Source of the DNA: the human T2T-CHM13v2.0 reference genome, Homo sapiens
NCBI RefSeq assembly: GCF_009914755.1
Contig: NC_060934.1
Length of the DNA: 64,000 nt
Strand: one strand, 5' to 3'
In this document: positions 14,827 through 31,455 of the stretch, piece after piece
How positions within the stretch are numbered: position 1 is the first letter of the stretch
How the letters are laid out: every line of letters begins with the position of its first letter
Position numbers and translations under genes: made by a program
The notes under the pieces: model-generated
The model's database searches: none
Told to the model about the DNA's origin: nothing
What the model saw: the letters and a program-made list of their open reading frames with translations, nothing else

Positions 14827-16019
14827 CTTTAAAAGGTTAAAAATGAATAAATAAATAAATAATAAATTGTGTATTTACTATAACCAATAAAAAAGAAAAA
14901 AATATGCCTTTGTTTAGTGCTCATGATCCTTAAATCCCTATATGACATGACCTGCTATTTAATGTGTTGTATGATAAGTGAAGCTAGATCCTCATTTAAA
15001 AAGTGCTATATAAAATATCTCAAGTTTCACATGCCAATCAATGAGTTGGTTAATAAGAAAATGTTAAACTTTCTGGAGATACTTTCCACTTGAACTTCAT
15101 TTTGTTCTTCTTTCATAAAAAAGGAAATACAAGCTATTCATTTCTCAGAACCTACCCACAGATCTATCATTTTATAAATAAAAATAACAAAATAACAACA
15201 ACAAAAACATATAAACAAAAAATATATACAAACAGTCTCACAATTTACCCTTCCCCTTTGAAGAAATTATAGTTAGGACCCTAAGAATCCTTCCTTTCAA
15301 AAAATTTCTTTACCAAGTGTGAATTCAACAAACACTTATTACGCATTTAGTAGGTATCTGGCCCTGTTTCAGACACTGGAATACAGGGATGAATTGGATA
15401 ATGGCCTCATCCTTAAGGAGTGAACAGAGTAGTTAGAGGACATGTAATCAAATACCATGTGACCAATGTACGGAGACAGTAGTATAAATGACAGCACTAG
15501 ATTGCACCTAAAAGTCAAGAAGAAAAGCTCCTCAAAGGGAAATAGCCCTTGAACTGGGCCTTAGTGAGTCACTGGAAGTTAGCATATGAAAAACAGTGTG
15601 TACTTAGAAGGAAAGAGGAGAGAAGGTGAAGGGGTGGAAATAATGGAGGCATACATGTCCCTTTGGGAAACTGTGACTAATATGGTAATAAGAGCACAAA
15701 GCACATGATCTAGTCCAACAACAGACTAAAACTATAAAATATCTTGTTTCATATATAAATGAAATTAGGAGGTAGCTAGTCATACTTTATTAGAATATTT
15801 GTGGAGAAAGCCTGAAAATCTATACATTTTCAAAGCTCTTGGGTAACTCTTGTGTAGCCAACCTAGCAACCGCTGCCATGGGGAACAAGGAGCCTGTGAA
15901 GGTTTTAAGTAGTACAATAAAATGATCAAGTCTTTCTGAAAATCAATTTTAAAATTAATCTGGAAAAAATTCTGTAGGAAGAATGAGAAAAAATTCATTT
16001 ATGAATGAATAATGATGGC

Positions 16020-17520
<1,501 letters not shown>

Positions 17521-17645
17521 ATATATAACATTTAAAAGTAAAAACAATGTACTAAAACCAAATAAAGAAAGAAAAGAAAAGAAACCCTCTGGCAATGATA
17601 TAAAAAAAGAAATCACATATAGACTTTCGTTAAGAAAATATTTAC

Positions 17646-17797
17646 CATAAATTCCTGCATGATATCATACGCTGCTGTTTTTTCCTCAAGGATTTTCAAA
17701 CAATCCTTGATGGCTGTCTGCTCATGAAAATTGAATATTAATGGCCGAATCTGAGCCAACTGATCTAGTTCTCCTTCAGAAACAATTTTGCGCGTAT
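17646..17797 (-). CDS. PTPN20: PTPN20 CE5, 152 nt, (D)TRKIVSEGELDQLAQIRPLIFNFHEQTAIKDCLKILEEKTAAYDIMQEFM
   Basis: Acceptor tttttctcttccttag|ATACG, donor ATG|gtaaat; phase 1 to 0; lies inside ORF 17613..17891. Confidence 0.96.
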
Positions 17798-20700
17798 CTA
17801 AGGAAGAGAAAAATTCACATATGTAAGTTACTGGTATATATGTGAAGGGAGATTTTATTTTTGTTTCTGTTTCTCTTAAAGACACAGCCATTTAAGGGTA
17901 AACAGAAGTTTATTTTTCCACGGGTGAAGAGTCTACTACTTTGAAAGAGGCTTCCTTTGGAAAAATCATGGCTATTTACACCTTGAAATTATACAAAATC
18001 CACTGCCCTTGGAGAAAACTGTTCAGTGCCATAAACATAACGAATGCTGTGGATTGAGAAGTGTTCAGTTTTATAATGTGAATTGGGTATATGGATTGAA
18101 AATTATGCCAAGGCAAGAACGTACAAGGCTTGGATTAGGAAAGAGAACTTTTGCCCTCCCTGGGACCAAGTGTTTGGAAGTTCCTAGAGTCTGAGATGTG
18201 GTGATGTGGAGAGTTCACATCCTGTTTCATTACTCTGAAACAGATTGAACATGAACGCACACACGTGCACACACACCAAGGATGGAGAGGATCTATGCAA
18301 TATAATTAATAAGACGGAATAATGGATACGTATGGACACTTGCAACCAATAATTGGGGAGAACATTCTATTAATATTTAATAGCACACATACAATCTTTT
18401 TATTTTTAATTATGATCTTTTAGGTAATGTTGACAGTCAAGGTTCCAAACATCTGAAATTTTATACATTATGTCCACTGGCCAAAATGCAATAAATCTAG
18501 AAGTCAACAGTAAAAGAGTATTTTAAAAGCTTCAAAATTTTGAGGTAAGATGTTCAAGTAAAACAAGTTCTCATAATCTCTTTGCAAAGCCAAATAATGT
18601 GAACAATAATCAAGTTAATACCAGCAAAAAGATATATACAAAACAATATAGCAAAAGAAAGAGGTGGAAATTTCTAAGAATCTGCACATTCCTGGGAAGC
18701 ACATCTTATCTTGGTACTCCACTATATCCAGAGGCTCTTTGTAGGGTTGGAAGTGAGGGCTCTTGGTTGGGATAGACAGGCACAGAAATCCTAAAATTTC
18801 TCACAAATATCCCTAACCTTAGTATGAGAGGAGGTCTAAGCAGGCTGGAAGGGGAGATAAAATTCCCACAAGCGTAGAAGCCATTTTGATCATCTTTGAT
18901 GCCCAACAGAAAAACCCTTAGATCTTCCCATTGTGTTCCACCTTTGCTAGTACAAAAGCTGGGAGAATGAAGAGAGAAAAAAATGAAAATGTAGAATGAC
19001 TGTAACAAACACTGGTGTTGACTCCCCAACACTGATTCTACCCCTCTGGTTAGTTAAAGCCATTTGTCATCATTCCATAGTAAGATCCTTCCAGTGAATA
19101 ATTCAGAAATAGGTAGGAGATTTGCGCCAACCATAGAAATAGGCTGGTCTTGTAAAAAAGAGAAGCAAACCTCTCTTCTACCCTCATCCCTCTGTACAGA
19201 CATAAACAAAGAAGTATAAGGACCTAATTATCATAGTCTGCCCTCTTATGGCCATAAAAGGAAAGAGTATAGCAAATGTGAAAAACATAAAGAAACTATG
19301 TTCTTGATGACATTAGCAACTGATCATATTGAACCTGGAATCCTTCCTATCTCTGGGCTTCCATTATGGTAGAAAATATATATATATCTTTATCATTAAC
19401 ATCATTCTGAATTTGGTCTCTTTTTCTTGTAGCCTGGTCCAAGAATTCCAATCAAAGTATAAAGGTGAGGTTTCAGCTGTAGATCCTGGGAATCATTTCA
19501 GCCAGTTTACAGAAAGGGATTTGATCTAGCTATTTGGTGTTGTATCACCATTGTGTGGGCTTGAAGAACAGATGCTTCTCTCATTATGATCCAAGAACAA
19601 CACTGCATAATGGTCTGCCAAGAAAAGTTCTGTCTTTGCCACAATTAGGAAACTGAGGAAGTTGGAGACCATTTTTTCTAGCCACTGGCTCCTAGATGAC
19701 ACCACTTCAGCAACAATGGAGAAATAAGAAAGTCACTACCACAACTGTTGGCTCTAGTAACACATCACCTTACCTATAATGAGGACCAGGAACGCCAAGC
19801 CTGCTATGATGCATAGCAATAAAATGGATGCCTCTCTACACATTTACATCTTGGCTAAGTGCATATGATCGGCAAAGCCCAAATAAGCTACCAGGAAGTC
19901 TTGAAAATGTAATTTTTCATTTTTCTGCCTGGGCCATACAGGAAGGTACACTAGGAGAAGGGTGTGACTGATATTGAGTAAGGGCATCTGTGATATCTGC
20001 TTAACATTTCAGCCACACCATGCCCTTTGAGTATCCTGCTCCTTGGCCCCTATCCCTTCAGCACACTTATCATTGTCCTCGGGCAAAATAAACAATGCAG
20101 CCCTCCAAAATACAGTTTACAAGGGAAGATGATGAGATCCAAATAAAAATGGAAATCAGGAAGAATTCATTCCTGCTCAATCAACAAAACCGAAGAGACA
20201 GAAAAAGCTATACGTGTTCATAACAAAATGGAATAAAATGTGAAACACAGAAAAAATAATAATATAATATAGCATGCAGAATAATTTTTAAAATCTATTC
20301 TAAAATGGAAGATAAGCTTAAAAAGGAAAATGAACTGTGTATGCAACATCTGTCGAAAGAAAAAGAAAAATTATTTTAAATAACAGTTCACAAGGAGATA
20401 AGAAAACAATAGAATGAGGTTTAAAAAAATTAGTTTATAAACCTAAGAAAATAAAGGTAAAACTCAAAAGTACATAATTACAGCAATAATTTATAATTAA
20501 ATCGAATTCTGCAAGAAACAAAGCAGACAGTTGAAAATCAACTTATTGCCATAGGACAAAGGCATGTATACATACAGTAATGAAGACAAGAAAGGTTTAA
20601 AAACAAACAGTGAAAAGATAATGCATGTGAGGACCTCATCAGAGGCTCAGGAGAAAAGCTGCAGACAGGGTGAGGAACTTGAGAAATCCTCCTTTGTGGG

Positions 20701-21340
20701 GCAAGCTTGGGAAGGGGAAAAACAGCATCCACAGGAATGGCACAAAGCATGCCCAAAATGCTTTTCCCTATTTCCCTAATGGACCAAAAGCATAAGAACC
20801 TGAGAAAACGCATGAAACTCTGTCATCCTCAAGGCACAAATGAAGACTCATTAACATTGGGGGTAGGGAAGAGAGAAGAGCATCCTGGACCCAGGCCATA
20901 AGATATTCCCTACACCTGCAGAATGGACAAAATAACAAAGGAGGTACCGCCTGAGGCCTTCCTAAGACTGAGACTGAACAAGGACAGCAGAGAATGTCAC
21001 CCCAACCAGGTTGGCAAGCAAGGTAATCATAAGTAAGAGCTCTCTACTGCTGGGAATTAGAGAAGATCATGGAGAAGACCTTCTCTGAGGTGCATGTACA
21101 ATGGGAAGAGCTAAAGCAGAGGGTGGAGTAAACACTGAGGCAAATCCTCTACATGTAAGGTAACACTGGAGGAATTTGAAGCTGGTGGTGCACTAAGGGT
21201 AACCATAGCAACATCAAACCCAAGCCCTGCTGCATTACTGAGTAAATTGATGCAACTCCTCACACTGAAGGCCTACCAACAAAAGAGTCATGTCCATCCC
21301 TATTTACCTCAGCGTCTAGAACTTAGCTAAGAAATACTAC

Positions 21341-22027
21341 AATAGCTCCCCCTTAGCTGCAGGGGATATGTTCCAAGACCCCCAGTGGATGCATGAAACT
21401 CTGGATAGTATTGAACCTGATCGTCATCAACTGAAACATATTTTTGTTCATGTCTTCCACCCATAAATTTAATGCCTTTTCCATCTTAAGTAAGCATGTA
21501 TCATGCACTGTGGCCATAACTTTGGCACTCTGATGTGCAACAGCAAAACTTGGATAGAAGATTCATTCTTACCATAGGTCTACGCAACTTTAGCATATGA
21601 TTTTTTTCTTTCCTTATTAAGTCAAGAACTTTCACCTTTTCATGTAAAGAAAGCACTTTACAGCTTCCCTTTGGCATATTCAAATTGCCAGCATCACTAC
21701 TCTTTGGGGCCATTACTAAGTAAAATAAGGGTTACTTGAACACAAGCACTGTGAGGCCAAAACAGTAGATCTGATAACCAAGATGACTACTAGTTGACTA
21801 AGAGACAGGTAGCACATAGGGCATGAATATGCTGGACAAAGGAATGATTCACTCCCAGGCAGGACAGAGCAGGACAGTGTGAGGTTTCATCACACTACTC
21901 AGAACAGTGTGCAATTTAAAACTTATTGTTTATATCTGGAATTGTCCACTTAACATTTTTAGTCTGTGGTTGACTGCAGGTAACTGAAACTATGAAGAGT
22001 GAAACCATGGATAAGACATTTTTACTT
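21341..22027. mobile_element. MER44/Tigger7-like DNA transposon
   Basis: Terminal ggggatatgttccaagacccccagtggatg; ORF 21501-21713 (MAPKSSDAGNLNMPK...KVKVLDLIRKEK) resembles a Tigger transposase N-terminus. Confidence 0.8.
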
Positions 22028-25000
22028 CTATCTCTAGACTATACAATATTCAGTTTTCAACCAAAAAATTATAGAGTACATACAGAAGTAAGAAAAAGAG
22101 AAAAAAGTTGCCAAGAGACAAAGCAATCAACAGAACCAGACAGAGATATAACATATGTTAAAACTGTCAAGTGATGAATTTAAAATAGTGATAATCAATG
22201 TGTGAAAAGGCAGTGGGAAAAGTAGACAATATACATGAACAGATGGAGAATTTCAATGGAGAGATGGAAGCCATAAAAATAATAAAGTGGAAATGCTTAA
22301 AGTAAAAAAAATATTGTAAGAAATTAAGCATGTTATTGATAAGCTCATCAGTAGATTTCACAGAGGCAAGAAAAGAATTCATGAATTACAAAATAGATCA
22401 AGAGGAATTATCCGAATTAGAACACAGAGAAAAAAGGTAGATGAGGGGCAGAGGCAGAGAAGAAGAGACCATCCAAGAACTACAAACCAATATCAAACAG
22501 ACTAATATATTATACCTGTAAATGGAATCCCAAAATAGAAGAGAAGGAGAATTGGGCAGAAGAAATATTTGAAAAGATAATAACTGAGAATTTTTTCCAA
22601 AATGAATGAAAGACACCAAGCCTCAGATCCAAAAGCTCATCAAAAACAATATAAGCCAGAAGACAATTGAGTGACAACTTTAATGTAATCAAAGAAAAAA
22701 TCAAAATAAAGAAATTAAGATTTCAGTAAATACATGACTAATTATAAAAGCTAGTATTCTTGTAACAATAATGTGTAACTTCACTTTTTCTTTTCTACAT
22801 GATTTAAGAGATGACTTTTTCCTAAATTTATTAGCCTAAAAATAAAAAAATTATCATAACTTTAGATTGTAAATCAACATTTTGTTTTCTACATGAGAAA
22901 CTAAAGCATTAAAAACATTATTTTATGTTTTGGAACACATAATATATAAAAATGTAATTTTGTGACAACAAATGAAAGAGATGGGGTCAAAACTGTCAAA
23001 GGTCCACAGTTTTTTTTTTTTTTGTATTTTACTGAATTAGGCTGGCATAAATTCAAATTAGAGTGATAAGTTTAGGATGTTAAATATAATGCCCATGGTA
23101 ACCACAAAGAAAATAGCTAAAAACAATACATAAAGGAAATTTTTTAAGAATTTAAATATTTCATTACAAAAGGCAACTAAATACAAAAGGAGACAGTAAG
23201 GCAAAAAAAAATGAGGAACAAAAAAGCTACAAGAAATATTTTTTTAAAATAGCAAAATGACAGAAGTCTCTCCTTATCAGCAATTACTTTAGATATAAAT
23301 GAATTAAACTCACCAATTGAAAGAAAGATTGGCAGAATGGATTAAAAAATAAAAACATGATCCAACTATACACTGTCTACAAAGGACTCACTTTAGATCC
23401 AAAGACACGAATAGGTTAAAAGTAAAAGAAATATTCCATGCAAACAGGAACCAAAACAGAGCATGAATAGCTATATTAATATCAGATAAAATCGATTTTA
23501 ATTTTAAAAAGTTAAAAATGACAAAGAAGGACATTATATATCATAAAAGGTTCAATACAGCAAGAACATATAACAGTTATAAACATTTACACGCCTAGTA
23601 ACAATCAAAATACACAAAGCAAAAATTGGCAGAAATGAAGAGAGAAACAGTTTTACAATAATAATTGAAGATTTCAATATCCCATTTTCATTAGTGGATA
23701 GAACAATTAGAAGTAAGAAAAGGGAGGACTTGAACAATATAATAAACAAAGTATATCTAACAGATACATACAGAATCCTCTGTGCAACAACAGACCACAT
23801 ATTTAAGAACACATGGAATATTTTGCATGTGTTAGGCTATAAACTAAGTATCAGTCAATTTTAAAACACTGGTATCACAAAGAGTTTCTTCTCAAAATAC
23901 AAGAGATAAAGTTAGAAATCAAATATAAGAAAAACTGATAAACTTACAGATTTGTGAAAATTGAACGACATAATTTTAAAACACCAATGGATCAAAGAAG
24001 GAATTACAAGGGAAATTAGAAACATTTAGAAATGAGTGAAAACATAACACAACATATCAAAACTATGGGACACAGCAAAAGCAGGGTTAAGGGGGAAATT
24101 TATAGCTATAAATGCTTACATGAAAGAAACAAGGCCTCGAATAAACAAACTAGCTTTACAACGTAAGGAATTACAAAAAGAAGAACAAACTAAACCTAAA
24201 GCTAACAAAAGGAAGAAAATAGTAAAGATTAGAGCAGAGATCAAAATATAAAATATAAAAAAGAGAAAAATCAATGAAACCAAAAGCAAGTTCTTCAAAA
24301 ATATCAACAAAATGATGTGATGAACCTTTAATTAGATAAACTAAGATAAAAAGAGAAAAGACTCAAACTACTAAAATCAGAAATAAAAATGAGGACATTA
24401 CTACCAATTCTAAAGAAATAAAAAAGATTATAAGGGAGTACTATGAGCAATTGTATGCAGAAAAACTGGATAACCTCAATGAAATAGACAAATTTATAGA
24501 AACACAAAACCTACCAAAACCAAACCACAAAGAAACAGAAAATCTGAACAGACCTATGACTAGTAAGGTGATTGAATAAGTTATCAAAACTATCCCAAAA
24601 AAGTAAGCCCTGGATCCAATGCCTTCACTGTTAAATTCTATCAAACATTTAAAGGAGAACTAACACCAATACTTGTCAAACTGTTTAAAAAAATTAAAGA
24701 GTAGGGAACACTCCCTAACTTAATCTATGAGGCCAGCATTATCCCAATATCAAAGCCAGACAATTATCCTACATGAAAAGAAAACTAAAGGCCAATATCC
24801 ATCTTAAACATTGATGTAAAAATCCTCAACAAAATAGTAGCAAAGCAAATATTTAGCGGCATATTAAAAAGATCATACACCATGACTATGTGGGATTTAT
24901 TACTGGAATGCAAAGATGACTTAACATACAAAAATCAAGGTAATACAATACGCTAACAGAAAAAAAGGCATGCTTATCTCAGTTGATGCAGAGAGAGTAT

Positions 25001-25035
25001 TTGACAAAATTCAACATCCTTTCAAGAATATATTC

Positions 25036-25326
25036 TTTTTGAGACAGAGTTTCACTGTTGCGCAGGCTGAAGTACAGTGGTGTGATCCCAGATCACTGCA
25101 ACCTCTGCCTCCTGGGTTCAAGTGACTCTCCTGCTCTGCCTCAGCCTCAGCCTCCCAAGTAGCTGGGATTACAGGCAACTGCTACCACGTCCGGCTAATT
25201 TTTGTACTTTTTCTTTAGTAGAGACATGTTGCCTAGGGTGGTCGTGAACTCCCCAACCTCAGGTGACCTGCCTGCCTTGGCCTCCCAAAGTGCTGAGATT
25301 ACTGGCATGAGCCACCATGCCTGGCC
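25036..25326 (-). mobile_element. Alu inside L1 ORF2
   Basis: Antisense Alu with small internal indels. Confidence 0.92.
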
Positions 25327-26659
25327 TATTTGTTTGTAGAAAAAAAATTCAACAAACTAGGAACATAAGAAAAATACATAAACATAATAAAAGTTATGTA
25401 TGGAAAACCCACAGCAAATATACTCAATGTTGAAAGAGTAAAAGCTTTTCCCCTAAGATCAGAAACAAGGCACGGATGCCACTTTTGCCACTTCTATTTG
25501 ACATAATATTGGAAGTCCTAGTCAGAGAAATTAGGAAAAAAAAGAAACAAAAGCCATCCAAACTGGGGAAAGCAAAAAGTAAACATCTCTGTTTGCCAAT
25601 GATATGATATTATATGTAGAAAATCCTAAAGATTACTGGATTTTACACACACATATTCACACACACACAGAGTTAAAAAAAATAAATTCAGTAAAGTAGC
25701 AGGATACAAAGTCACACACAAAAATCAGTTGCATTTATATACACTCAGATGAACAATCTGAAAATGAAATTAAGAAAACAATTTCATTTACAATAATATA
25801 TAAAAAGAAATAAAATACTTTGAAATTAACTTAGCCAAGAAGGGGAAGGGAAAGATTTGTACAAAGAGACCTATAAAACATTGCTGAAAAAAGAATTAAA
25901 CAAATATATCTCATGTTCATGGTTTGGAAGATTTAATATCATTAAGATATCAGTACTACCCAAAACGATCTACAGATTCAATGTAATCCTTATCAAAATC
26001 CCAATGACTCCTTCTGCAGAAATAGAAAAACTCATCCTAAAATTCATATGGAATTTCAAAGGACCCCAAATAGCTAAAACAATCCTGAAAAATATGGGGA
26101 AAAAAGACTCACACTTCTTGATTTCAAAACTTACTACAATACTACAGTAATCAAAACAGTCTGGTACAGGCATAGACAGACATATAGGCCAAAGGAATAG
26201 AAGAAAGAGTCCAGAAATAAAACCCAAATTATTTTCAAAAAAGTTGTCAAGGCCATTTAATGGGAAAAACACAGTCTTTACAACAAATGGTGCTGGGAAG
26301 CTGGATATCCACATGCAAAATAATAAAATTGGATCTTTACCGAACGTCATATACAAAAATTAACTTGAAATGGATCCATTACCTAAATGTAAAAGCTAAA
26401 ACTATAAAACTCTTACAAGAAAGCATGGCAATAACTTCAAGACATTGGATCTGGCAATGATTCCAAAGGTACAAACAAATTTTAAAAAATATAATTAATA
26501 ATACTGAAATATACACTTAAAATGGATAAGATAGTAAATGTTATGTTATGTAAGATTTACAACAATAAAAATAATTTGGAGAAAATACCTCTAAGTAACC
26601 CACAGATCAAAGGGGAAGTCATAAGAGAAATAGGGAGACATTTTGTTAAAAATGTGTAG

Positions 26660-27490
26660 ATTGTATTTTTTAGAAAAGTTTTACATGAAAAAAAAATGAG
26701 CACTTAGAATTCCCATATATCCCCTGCCAAAGTTTCACTTATTATTAATGTTTTACATTTGGATGGTACATTCATTAGTATTGAACCAATATTGATACAT
26801 TTTTGTTAACTAAAGTCCATCCTGTATTTTGGTTTTCTTAGATTTCCTTAATATCTTTTTACTGTTTCAGGAGCCCATCTAGGATAAAACATTACATTTA
26901 GTTGTCAAGTCTCCTTGGGCAACTTTTGGCTATGATGGCTTCTCAGATTTTCCTTGTTTTTGATGACCTTGATAGGTTTGAAGAGTACTGGCCAGGTGTA
27001 TTCTTCAATGCCTTACTATTGAAATTTGTCTAATTTTTTCTCATGATTAAGACTGGGGTTATGGGTTTTCAGGAATAAGATCACAGAGGTAGAGTGCCAT
27101 ATTTATCCATAGTATCAAGGGTATATTATATCAACATGATGTATGACAGTTGATGGTGACCTTGATCACATGGCTGCAGTAGTGTTTATTAGGTTTCTCT
27201 ACTATGCAGTTATTCTTTGTACTCCTCTGGCCATACTGTACTCTTTGAAAGAAAGTCAATATGTGCAACCCACACTTAAGAGGTGGGAAATTATGATCCA
27301 CTTCCTTTAAAATTGAATATTAACATAATTTATCAGGAATTCTTCTGCATGGGAGATTTGTCTCTTCTTCCCCATTTATTAACATATTTAATCATTTATT
27401 TATATCAGTATGAACTCATGGATGATGATTTTATACTTCATACTATAATCCACTGCTACATTAGATTGTTGTTCAAATTGTTCCACCTTT
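26660..27490 (-). mobile_element. L1MC-type 3' end
   Basis: Characteristic ccaatattgatacatt...aactaaagtccat...gactggggttatgggtttt sequence. Confidence 0.65.
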
Positions 27491-27608
27491 TGCTACTTAG
27501 AATGAGAAAACATTATAAATTGAATGAAAATAAAAACACCTCAAAATGTGTGGGATGCAACTAAAGCAGTACTTACAGGAAGATTTGTTGTATTAAATAC
27601 TTGTACTA

Positions 27609-27932
27609 CTGTTGTCCCTCTGTATTTGCAAGGAATTGGTTCCAGGACCTCCCACAGATACCAAAATCCTCAGATGCTCAAGTCCTTTACACAAAATAGC
27701 ATAGTATTTGCATATAATCTAAGCACACCCTCTCTCTCAAATACTTTAAATCATGTCTAGATTACTTATAATACCTAATACAACATAAATGCCATGTAAA
27801 TAGTTGTTATACTATATTTTTAAAATTTGTAATTTTTTGTTGTTGTATTGTTATCTTTGTTCCTAAAATATCTTTGATCCATAGTTGGTTGAATTTGTAG
27901 ATGCAGAATCTACAGATAAGGAGGGCCAGTTG
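27609..27932. mobile_element. MER2-like (Tigger) MITE
   Basis: Inverted ends gtccctctgtatttgc / acagataaggagggcc flanked by TA; internal ttggttccaggacc...gatgctcaagtcc. Confidence 0.8.
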
Positions 27933-28365
27933 TATCTATGAAAAAGAAATATATCAATAATCTAAGTTTCCACCTTAATAAATTAAGAAAAGATAAAATC
28001 CAAAGCAAGAAGGAAAAAGGAAATAATAAAGAGCAGAAATCAATGAAATTGAAATCAATGAGAAAGTAAGGGAAACTAAAAGCTAGTTCTTGGAAAATAT
28101 CAATAGAATTGATACAGTCTCTAGCCAAACTGATCAAGAAACACAGAACAAAGACACATTTTATGAAATTGAAAAAAAAGAGAGGTGATCAGTTAAGATA
28201 AGACATCAAAAAGTTAATGAGGGAATATTACAAACAACTCTAGTCCCATAAGTTAGACAATTTACATGAATGGGACAAATTCACTGAAAAATACAAACTG
28301 CCAAAGCTCATTAAAAAAAAGAGAGACACCTAAATAGTCCTATATCAATTAAATAAATTGAATAT

Positions 28366-28714
28366 TGTTATGGGCTGAATTGTGGCCCATATGTGGCCGT
28401 ATTTGGAGATAGGGTCTATAAAGAGGTGATTAAGTTAAAATGAAGTCATTAGAATAGCCCTTAACGTAATATAACTGATATCCTTATAAGAAGAGATTAA
28501 GACACAGATATACACAGTGGGAAGACCATGTGAAGACACAGAGGAAAGACGGCCATCTGCAAGTCAAGGAGAGAGGCCTCAGAAGAAATCAACTTTGCTG
28601 ACATCTTGATGTTTGACTGCTAGCCCACAGAACTGTAAGATCCATTCTTGGATATTTTGTTATAAAAGCACCCCCCCAAAAAAAAAAAAAAACTAAAAAC
28701 TAAAAACTAACACA
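28366..28714 (+). mobile_element. MLT1 solo LTR
   Basis: tgttatgggctgaattgtg...actaacaca with a 5-bp TSD aatat on both sides. Confidence 0.85.
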
Positions 28715-29759
28715 AATATGTATTTAGAAACCTCACAAATTCTGGGTCCAGTTGGCCTCACTGGTGAATTTTAGCAAACATTTAAGGAAGCAATACTACC
28801 AATTTTATACAAACTTTTCCAGAATATTGAAGAGGAGAAAACACTTCCCAAATAATTTTATAAGGGAAGCATCACTCTGATACTAAAACCGGAAAAAGAT
28901 ATCACAAAAAAAGAAAATTACAGATGAATATCTGTCATGAACATAAACACAAAAAAAGTCTTCAGGAAAATACTAGCAAATCAAATCGTAAAACATAAAA
29001 ACAATAATACACCATCACAAAGTTGGGCTTATCCCAGGAATGCAAAGCAGGTGAGATATTTGGAAATCAACCAAAGTAACTCATGGTATATCAACAGGCA
29101 AAAAAAAGAAAAACTATATGATGATCTGAATAGATGCAGAAAAAGCATTTAACAAAAGTAAGAGTCCATTCATAATAACTCCGGGAAACTAGGATAATAG
29201 GAAGGCTCCCTTAATCTGATAAATGGCATTCACAAAAATACTACAGCGAACATTATACTTTATGATGAAAAACAGAATGCTTTCTCCCTAAAATGGAGAA
29301 TCTGGAAAGGATGTCCACTCCCTTTCCTCTTATTCAACATTGAACCAAAAGTCCTAGCGAATGCAATAAGTTAGTAAGTCAAAAAAAAAAAGAAAGAAAG
29401 AAAGAAAGAAAAGAAATGAAAGGCATATACATTGGAAAGGTAGAAAAATAAAACTGTGTTTATTCACCAACATGAGTATCTACTTAAAAAAATTCCAAAA
29501 AATATATTTAAAAGGCCCTAGAATTAATGAGCATTTAGGAAGGTTGAAGGACACATTGGTAATATACAAAAATCAATCATATTTCTATCTACTATCAATG
29601 AACAATAGAAGTTAAAATATTTTTCATAAGTCTCATTTACAATAGCACCAAAACATGTGAAATATTAGATATAAATCTAACAAAACATATATACAATCTA
29701 TATGTTAAGACTGCAAAACAAACAAACACTGATGAAAGAAATCAATGCAGACCTAAACA

Positions 29760-30685
29760 GAGTGAGGAATGCTTCCGTCAGGAGAAACAACAACAAATCC
29801 GTTAAAGTGGAATTTGAGAACGCCACCAGGACATTTTGGGTTCCTCATATGCTACTGAATCATCAGGGAAAGGGGGATTACTACACTGCCTAGTGTGCTG
29901 GATTCCAAGTATTAAGGGGAAACTGGGCTGCTGCTGTCCAATGGAGTAACGAGGAATACGTCTGCAATGCAGGTGATCCTCTAGGGTGTGTCAAGGTGAT
30001 TAAGTAAACAGAAAACTAGAACCACCCAATCTAGGCAGAACTACTAATGACTTAGATCTTGAGGAATGAATGTGTGGGTCACCCTATCAGACAAGGAACC
30101 ACAACCAAATGGGATGTTTGCTGAGCTGAAAGAGAATACCAGACAGGTGTAAGACGGCAGTGATCAAAACCAGATACAACCATGTGACCAGCTGCATAAA
30201 CAGGGATAAAATATTGTGAATTTTTCTTTCTTTTTTGATATGCATATTTTATACATATATATATATCATATTTTTGTTTTCTTTTAAAAATATTAAAGGG
30301 AATGTGAATCAGTTGGAAAAGAAAGAATATCACTCAAGACAAAAAAGAGACACTTTTGGAGAAGGGGAGAGAATGTTTTCAGTTGTACACAGATTAGTTT
30401 TATCACTGTAGATGCAAGCATAAGGTTGTCCTTATTTGGATATTAAGTAACATTTAAAAGGGTGTATATAGGTGCCAGGCTGATATAGGGTGAACTGTGA
30501 TAGCTTTATAATATGTTGACATGGCTAGGCTGGACCACTTTTCCCAGAATTCTGTTCTCTGAATGTTTCCAGCTAAAACAGGGCACAAGCGAGGTTCTCA
30601 TGTCAGATCTGGAAGGTGAACATGGGGCAGCAGCTATTCTGTGCTCAGATGCACTATGGATGATCTCCTGACTCCCCTCATTCTA
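29760..30685 (+). mobile_element. ERVL 3' internal fragment (dUTPase region) plus the start of its LTR (from 30496; recalled as MLT2F-like)
   Basis: gaggaatgcttcc...ggacattttgggttcctc resembles ERVL dUTPase coding sequence; purine tract followed by tgtgatagctttataatatgttgac. Confidence 0.7.
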
Positions 30686-31455
30686 TATGTGGAAGGAAGA
30701 ACTTAAAATCACAACAGTGCCAATCCTACCTGAATGAATATAACTGGCATGTCATTCTATCTAAATTTCAAACAAGTTTACACAGGAATGAACAAAATAA
30801 TTTAAAATCACCGATGCAGCAAAAACTTGCCCAAATAGCTACAAAAATGTATTTTTTAAAAAATTAGAGGGAGGATTTTCCTTTCCAGATATATTTAGAA
30901 TAAGTAGAATCAAAACAGAATAATATAATATGTCCACAGGAACAAACAAGTCAGTTAGTGAAAAAAAATTTAGAGAATACAAAAGGATCAAACATTTTTG
31001 GAAACTTAATATGTGATAAAAGTATATATAAATTCATTTGGGAAATGTGGTTTACTTAGTGAATAGTGCTGGTATAACTGTCCAGTCATATGAAAGAAAA
31101 TATAGTTTTCTATACCCCTATAATATTTAGCAATAAACTGCAGATAGATTCGTGATCTAAGCAAAATAAATGAATAAAAATTCTGAAGAAAATTTAGGAG
31201 AATATTTGCATGTTTTTCCTGTAAAGAAGACCTTTTTAAACATTTTAGAAATTAAGAATGTTCATGAAAGTTTCCCTTCTTAAGGTATAGAATTGAGGGT
31301 TACAATTTATAGCACATTTGTCAGACAGACAACATGTTAAGATTTCCAACATGTGAAGAGTTCCTACAAATTAATAAGAAAAACAATGAACAAAGTTTAT
31401 AAATATGCAAATCCAAGAAGAAGTTAATAAACATATATTAAGATACTTGATCCTA

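Larger units (their letters stand above)
20600..26575 (+). mobile_element. Long L1M element (5' region, ORF1 pieces, ORF2, deleted 3' end) with nested insertions
   Basis: ORF2-like peptides, e.g. 25857-26150 ([32 protein letters not shown]); endonuclease region near 23300-24000; many stops. Confidence 0.85.
27500..29760 (+). mobile_element. L1M ORF2 fragment with nested MER2 and MLT1
   Basis: Peptide PQNVWDATKAVLTGRFVVLN and RT-region motifs (atgaacataaac...aaaatactagcaaatc). Confidence 0.8.
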
